DNA of 45,498 nt, taken from positions 45,966,173-46,011,670 of the forward strand of contig NC_068984.1 in the NCBI RefSeq assembly GCF_001194135.2. The letters are read 5' to 3'. This stretch comes from Octopus bimaculoides (Eukaryota). Shown piece after piece: positions 37,776 through 45,498 of this stretch (positions within the stretch are counted from its first letter, which is position 1; each line of letters starts with the position of its first letter). A program made the position numbers and the translations under genes. Below the pieces are notes generated by a model. It made no database searches, was not told the DNA's origin, and was given only the letters and a program-made list of their open reading frames with translations.

Positions 37776-38484
37776 TAGGGCGTGAAGGGAAATAAGAAAA
37801 TGGTAGTCATGTTTCCTCCCAGTTTTTAAAATTTTGGTAAACAATTTTTTGGAATTATTTTGGTAACGTACATTTGAATATTCTTATAAATACCTCTAAA
37901 TCACGTAAAATCATGGATATTGTAACTAAAGCCAAAGTAATGATGTATTCTTTTAAGAAGTGTGAATTTTGAGTGTGTCTGTATTACATAATTATTATTA
38001 GAGTTATTATTATACTATTCATGTCAGTTTCCTTGTCTCTAGATATTTTCTTCTGCAAAATGAATATCGAACTTCCGTTTTTGTACGTAAACAATGGGGA
38101 AAATGCTACAATTTGTTATTGCATATTGTCTGATACAAAAGAATGTACCAATTTCCTATTCTCATTTTAATTTCTCATCAATTTAAATTCTGGAGTTGAT
38201 TCCCTTCCTTTTCTTGATAAGAATTGTGATAAATTTTGAAATTCTTCTCTTTATTGCAGATCGAATATAAATTGAATAAAATTTGTTTTCGCTTATAATT
38301 AGAAGATCTGTTCGTCCGCCAGTATGTCTGTATCTGGATTCTACATATGAATAAAAGGTACAGCTAAGTTATATTATGTCACGCTGAATTTGTTTGAGCA
38401 CACGTCTGGGGATATTCAGTCACATGAGTAATAATTCCCGTGATTAAGCTGATTAAACTCCTGAATGCTCATCATGGAAGCGGA

Positions 38485-38578
38485 CTGAGATCCGTTGCCT
38501 ACATTAATGACGGGTAAAAACCGGTGGTGGTGTGTTTACGTCCCCGTAATTTGGCGGCTTGGAAAAAGAGACCGAGTC
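38485..38578 (+). mobile_element. SINE internal fragment interrupted by (AG)n
   Basis: GGTGTGTTTACGTCCCCGTAATTTGGCGGCTTGGAAAAAGAGACCGA resembles a common octopus SINE segment (recalled, not searched). Confidence 0.4.
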
Positions 38579-38579
38579 T

Positions 38580-38658
<79 letters not shown>

Positions 38659-38660
38659 GG
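38580..38660. repeat. (AG)n microsatellite
   Basis: Direct reading. Confidence 0.95.
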
Positions 38661-39766
38661 AGAGGAGAGAGCGAGTGAGAGAAAGAAAGAGATGCACGTA
38701 GAAAGAAATGTAGTCTCAGAAGCTGACGGTTGTGTCAAAAATAGTATTGAGAACGCTTCGTGTGTGCGCGTGTATGTTATTTGTACCAAGGAAGTTATTC
38801 CTGTTATTACTGGTCCAAGTTTCTCCCCTGTTTCTGCATTTTCAGACACCCACGAATGAGAAACTCAAAGGGCGACAAAGTGAATCTGTATCTTCGAATT
38901 AACTATGTAAGCTCAACTGGTATGTGCAGTACTTTTACTCGTGTTTGTACAACTCTCTTTTTCTCTCTCCGTGTAATGTATACAAATTCTCATATATGTG
39001 TTTGCTAGAATTTGTGTGTGTGCATGTGCATGCACTTGTGTGAGCAAATGCGTGTGTGCGCGAGTTTGTGCGAACGTGTATACAAGTGTAGGTGTGCATT
39101 CAGTATTTCTGCTTTAATAAGCCTTAATTATGAACTGAAAATTTATCTTCGAAATATTAAATATTAATAAGACCAAAAGCGTTATGACAAGCGAAAGAAC
39201 TGCATAGAGGAGTTAGTGGATTGGTGGGTAATTGTTAAATTAGCCAAAAGAATTTTGACAGCCTAAAAGCTGTTCATGGTTGTTAATGTGTAGTTCGAAA
39301 ATTTGATTATGATGATTTCTTTAATATACAGAATTTCCGAAAATTTCTATTGGAAGCCTTCATAGAAACTCTAACTATCGTTTTCAAACATCTCTAGCTG
39401 ATAATTTTTTTTGTTGGTTTTTAGGGAAGAGTTTTTGGTATAAACTTAAATGTGGATGCGTAATGGAAGGGTGGCACTGCCGTTGTAAAACTTGTCACAT
39501 TTGAAACATTCTATGTATTCTATGGAATACATAACGTATGCTCTTAATTTCCTCTCAGCACCCGTTAATTGAGAATTTCGCTCCAATCGAAATCAGTTGT
39601 CTTGATGAAAATAAACATCACTTAAAATGTCAGTTAGTCAATTGCTATATTACTCGCAGATTCACATGATATTTGTATGTATGTATGTATGTATGTATCT
39701 ATTTATCTATCTATCTATCTATCTATCTGTGTATCTCTTATCGTTTTCTTTCCATGCATATCTCTG

Positions 39767-39828
<62 letters not shown>

Positions 39829-40639
39829 ATGTGTGTGTAGTAAGTCTTTTTTTCAGTAACCTCGAATCGAAATATCATAAATTTCGTATAGAATACAAAG
39901 TTAGTGTTAATGTGCTCTTACAATTAAGAAAGTTAACTACAAAATGAAAGCAAAGAAAAGGAAAAAAAATTCTGCTGAGCGGTTGGATTAATTACCTGAT
40001 AATCAAATGTAAGATACCTATCTTTCATTTCATTATCAGGCAATTAGTGAGCTACGGGTGTTAATGTGATCCGAAGGCACGGGAGGCACTGAATACAAGC
40101 GAATAATGAAGAATTTGAATAGGTAAACGATTTGAGTCCAAGCGATTTATCATAATGATGCATCATATATTTTAAAATTATATTTTTCATATACGCACGT
40201 ATGTATGTATGTATGTATGTTTCGTTACACACACTATTTAGAATACATATGATATACCTTCATGAATGCGTATCTGTGTATGTATATACCACTTATTAAT
40301 ATATTACACAATATTATACAATAGAAATGCACATTAATATAATAAAATAGAAATAAATATATGACGAATAAAATTTTAAATATTAAAGTTTTTGCAATTT
40401 TAAAAACGAGATTTTGAGTCTCTGCTTACACTTTTGAACAATTTCGAAATGCTTTTTTATGATTTTATCACTGTACAGTATGTGCTTTATTTTTTGCAGA
40501 TGCTTTTAAATTGTGCAATGTGATATTTCGAACGATGTTTCAAATGCTGACATGTTGCACCTACATATAAATATATGTATACATAGACATTTGCGTTTCT
40601 TGTGAGAGTAGATTTGTATAGGATGTTTTTATGGAGACG

Positions 40640-40809
40640 TTCGTTCCCCAGAAGACAAGTTTTCCTATCTCTACAACTACATTTTTAAAATGTAGTTTTC
40701 AACTTGATTGCTACTTGTATTATTCCTAGACATTCGTACCCCAGACGACAAGTTTTCCTATCACAATTATATTTTTTTAAAATATAGTTTTCGACTTGAT
40801 TACTACTTG
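40640..40809. repeat. Two-copy ~93-bp-period tandem duplication, each with an internal palindrome
   Basis: Copy 1 40640-40717, copy 2 40733-40809; shared GACAAGTTTTCCTATC and TAGTTTTC(A/G)ACTTGATT(G/A)CTACTTG. Confidence 0.85.
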
Positions 40810-41992
40810 CTTTAATCCTCTTTCTATTTTTCCTCTTATGAGTAATGTCTTGGTCATTATTATCGTTGTTGTATTCTTGCTATCAGTCTTGTTATCAGCA
40901 ATGTCATTATTATTAGCGTTTCCAACATTTCACATCATTACTTTATTCTATGTTAACTTCGATATTATTATGTTGCTGTTATTTAGACTACTTTGATTAT
41001 GTCTTCCCCTATAACTATTATCCTTATTCTGTGGATCCAGTTATCTTCGAGCATATTGTTAGCATTTCCAATTACTTAGTTCACCTTCCTATTATTAAGT
41101 CTATCAAAATGGTAGACAGATCATGTGATGTTGCGTAAGACAGTTTCAATACATGTTTATTAAAACTTTCATAATAACTATTGAATTTAGGGAAATATCT
41201 ATACTACGTTGTGAGATATTCTCTATCAATTCTTGATATATGTAATGCGAATACTGGATTATACCACAAATCACTACCTTTATTAGAATTATTATTTGGC
41301 TTAATACTACTGTTATAGTACACGATACTCGTGACAGTGGGAATATATATGCTTAAATACATACATACTTATATACACACAAACATAAAGACACAAACAC
41401 ATATATGATGTACAAGTATACATACCTCGCATGCAGTACTCAGAATTTCCATGTAAGTGTCGGGTGCAAATTGTCTGATTACCGCTCGGAAACGCTCTAC
41501 CTACCTATGTCATGCGAGTAAATTTCATGGTACTGTATGTGAGTGTTCCATGTTCGTACGCTACATTACATATATGACATTATTTCAATGATATTGATAT
41601 TTACATTTTGTTATCTACTATTGTACGTCAAGCGTAAGATTTTCGAAATACGATAAGTCACTATGCCAAGTAATTACTATGGACTATCCAAGAAAATTGA
41701 ACTTTATCATTCACCCTATAAACTTAACTGTTGGCAAAGCTGTGTTCTTATACAACTAAGCTTTCGGCGTAAAAATTGGAATAGATTTATCTCGAGAAAT
41801 TTTAGACCAGCAGTTCCTTTATATATCTAACAAATTTCGCCTTTGTTACTTTGACATTTCAACGCATACTTCTCTTTTTCTATTTTTACAAGAGTTGAGA
41901 ATGGTTACATCATTTCAGACAGTGCCACAATGTGCCCGTGCGCGCGCACGCGCACGCACGCGCACGCGCACGCACGCGCACGCACACATACA

Positions 41993-42031
<39 letters not shown>

Positions 42032-43829
42032 GCACACACACACACACAAAACGTAGTGGCATTGAATAACTGTTTGACTTTTTCAGTTAGGCGACTCCTG
42101 ATAACGACTTATGCATATAACCTTCTGGAAAGCACCCGTCTCAGAAAGTCTATTCATGGATGTCAAAAGCTGGATATTCAGATCAGTGAAAAAAAAAAAA
42201 TCAATAAGACCGTATATCATACACTATTTCTATTCCTTGGTCATTCCTAAGCCACGTAGACAATGCCACTGTCCATAACTCTTGGAAACGAAAATTTATT
42301 GAGAAAGGTCTGTTTGGGGAAATTGACATTTTCTATGATTCGAAATCTTATAGCGGGTCGTAATTGTTTGAGAAGTACGAGTAAAATTTCTTTAGTAGGA
42401 GGATTAATCACAGTACTTACAAGGAGTATCGTAGATTCAAACTCCAAGTCGTGTAAAATGAAGAGGCTGTTATTGATTTTTGCTTCATTTCTCCTATGAT
42501 GATAGACTTTCTTGGAGCAACAAATACATATTCTATTTTTTTAAAGACACCGCGTATCTACTATCAGTTTATGTATTTTTTAAGCCGCTGTGATCTGAAG
42601 GAGTTTGATTATTATTCAAGCAGGTAGCGATACCGCATAAAAGCTCTATCGATGCATAATTAAACCCCAAACTTCACATTTAGTAGTTTTCAGATTTAAT
42701 TGGATTACGCCATCGAAAATTAGGCGTCTTCGCGATAGAGATAAAGCAGATCGCAATGTACCACCACCAGAATGTTTCTTCTTAGGTAAACAGTTTATGC
42801 CCATAGCTTCCTGCGACGAATTTGATGACTAAGTAAGAATAAATTACTGGTGCATCGTGACAGTAACCAAACAGAAGCAAATCAAAACAAAATTCTCCGC
42901 AAACACAGCTACAGCAATAATAATAATATAAAATTAGATGAACGATGAATTCTTGTGAGATTCTCATTAATTTAACGCCATAATATCAATAAGCGCGTAT
43001 TAAGTCGTTTCGTTGAATTAATTATTCAACAGGCGTGCGGCGCCTTTTGTGTGTGATGCGCGCGTGTAGGTGGACATGCTTGTGTATGTGTGTGGGCATG
43101 TGTACGTGTGCGTGCGAGCATGCATGTGTAAGCAAGCGTGTGTGTGCGTGTATGAATATGTATTTACTTGTGTTTGTGCACATCTATATGGAAATATATG
43201 TGTATGTGTGTGTGTGTGCGTGTTTGCGTGTGTATGTATGTAAGTATATACCAAGGGAAAATAGAGGTGATAATAGTTACACTTGGATATATGTAGGTAA
43301 ATAAATAATTTGATGCACATGTATACATACATAGAACAATTAAATTATATACCTATAGGCTCGCACACAGCCCTTCTATATATGTTTATATCTATCGATG
43401 GGTGAGTATCTATTCGTGTGTGTGTATATGTGTAACCTCAGTTGTTGAAGAGAAACACTTAAATAACTTAGGTATCTTATTTGTGGATTGATATCTGTTA
43501 CATAGGTAACCGTGTATATCTTGGTATTGTAATGCTTCACATTCTCCTTGCGGTTATGGATAGGCCACAGACAATGTGTGAATTAAAGCTGCTTTATACT
43601 AGCATCCAACTAACGCTTGCAGGGCTAGTTCAAACGATTACATTTCTCGTATATTTTCATAGTGACGTTATATAAAAATTAGTGCACTCTCTCTCTCTTT
43701 CTTTCTCTATCTCTGTATTCATGTATATACATACGTACACACATGCACACAATTACATACATACATATGTACGCACAAACACAGACACACACACACACAC
43801 ACATATATATAAATATATTTATCCATATT

Positions 43830-44090
43830 TTTGTCTAGTTTCCTTTCATGGTGTAATCTTCTGTAATTGCTCGTTGGCGTAAATGTAGTGTGGGCCTGCG
43901 GGCGAGTATTGTACTTGCATGGCCAATGTATCAGTGAGAGTCATGAAGTTTGCAGTCTTGAACTCTGCAATCCTAATATAGTTGTTTGTAGTTTGTTCTA
44001 TGGTTTAAATGTCTCTGGTGTATTGTAAATCAGTGGTTTTTGATCTTATTGGTATGTAATGTATGTGTAAGGTCAGTTTGCTGTCTAATA
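43830..44090 (-). mobile_element. Possible decayed I/R1-group LINE fragment (linker after the APE domain)
   Basis: Frame ...KTTDLQYTRDI*TIEQTT...KTANFMTLTDTLAMQVQYSPAG loosely resembles the W-x-x-Y/F-T-x-x-x-E...HTAN-x-x-L-T...IPAG/KG linker; weak. Confidence 0.25.
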
Positions 44091-44250
44091 CGAGACAATA
44101 GACTGCATGTCATAAAAATATTAACAGATAATACATAAATAATTTACTACGGAATTCTCCATAAATACGGAGAGCAAAGTTCATAACAAAATTGTCACTG
44201 CAAAAATATTCGTGATGTAATTACATCATATATGAAAAAGAAGCGACTGC

Positions 44251-44251
<1 letters not shown>

Positions 44252-44321
<70 letters not shown>
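44252..44321. repeat. (CA)n microsatellite next to a gap
   Basis: Direct reading. Confidence 0.95.
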
Positions 44322-45498
44322 NNNNNNNNNNNNNNNNNNNNNNNNNNNNNNNNNNNNNNNNNNNNNNNNNNNNNNNNNNNNNNNNNNNNNNNNNNNNNNN
44401 NNNNNNNNNNNNNNNNNNNNNNNNNNNNNNNNNNNNNNNNNNNNNNNNNNNNNNNNNNNNNNNNNNNNNNNNNNNNNNNNNNNNNNNNNNNNNNNNNNNN
44501 NNNNNNNNNNNNNNNNNNNNNNNNNNNNNNNNNNNNNNNNNNNNNNNNNNNNNNNNNNNNNNNNNNNNNNNNNNNNNNNNNNNNNNNNNNNNNNNNNNNN
44601 NNNNNNNNNNNNNNNNNNNNNNNNNNNNNNNNNNNNNNNNNNNNNNNNNNNNNNNNNNNNNNNNNNNNNNNNNNNNNNNNNNNNNNNNNNNNNNNNNNNN
44701 NNNNNNNNNNNNNNNNNNNNNNNNNNNNNNNNNNNNNNNNNNNNNNNNNNNNNNNNNNNNNNNNNNNNNNNNNNTATACATACTTACATATATTGTGCGT
44801 GAGAGAGAGGGACGCGGGGGAAGATGAGATAGAGAGTAATAGAGGGAGAGGGAGAGAGAAGTAGTTAATGCTTAAATCATATATGCAGAGCCTTCATTTA
44901 CACCACGTCGGATTATAATCTGTTCACTTCTTAATGTATAATATTATTCTACCTTCTTATCTTCCCTGAGCCTAATTCTGTCCTATCTTAAACATCTCAT
45001 GAAGCTTACTTTATTGGAAATTAAAAAATGAAGGCTCTTTAATCATGTTTGTTTGCTTTCCTGTTTGTGTTTTTAAATATTCGTTTAATATATTCTAAAA
45101 TTCAAATCTAATCTGTATTATTAGAACCGGCTTTCTTGCTTCAGTCATTTTCCTTTCATTAAAACCACTACCTAATAATAGCAGTTCTCTAAAACTTTGC
45201 CAAAAAACTTTTGTTTCCTTCTCATTGCCCGTCCAGGCACGAACGAGACAGAGAGGCTCATACGAATCATAGATACGTACATGAGCACAAGCACACTCAC
45301 ACTCACACAAACACACACAGACACAGACAAAGACAGACACAGACAAAGACAGACACAGACACACACACACACACACATATATACACACAAGCAAACGCAT
45401 ATGTAGCACAGCTGTCGAGGACTCGACGCTTTTAGTGGCCAAGATATATTTCAAACAATATACTCACATACTGATACATGATATAAATATCACCGCGT

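Noticed and set aside
41426-41497. Minus-strand ERFRAVIRQFAPDTYMEILSTACE ending at GAG|GTATGT
   Set aside because: Good donor but no polypyrimidine acceptor and an in-frame stop just upstream; too short to assign.

Overview
AT-rich, microsatellite-dense, gap-riddled eukaryotic genomic DNA. The SINE, LINE and microsatellite content is typical of an octopus/cephalopod short-read assembly (inference, not proven). I cannot confidently identify a host protein-coding gene; nearly all ORF-track entries are translations of simple repeats or N gaps. What is supportable: (i) two head-to-tail clusters of 5'-truncated R4/Dong-like non-LTR retrotransposons (CCHC knuckle + restriction-like endonuclease), from at least three families, sitting in (TAA)n tracts; (ii) two Penelope-like (Neptune-type) GIY-YIG fragments ending at (TA)n, one with a hammerhead-like terminal motif, plus a second solo degenerate hammerhead-like motif; (iii) many tRNA-derived SINE copies; (iv) mariner and pogo/Tigger-like TIR remnants; (v) a ~3 kb microsatellite-free block (8.2-11.1 kb) with long stop-poor frames of unknown family, probably a decayed multi-gene element; (vi) a long foldback and a chain of overlapping hairpins. 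No CRISPR, rRNA or tRNA gene was seen.
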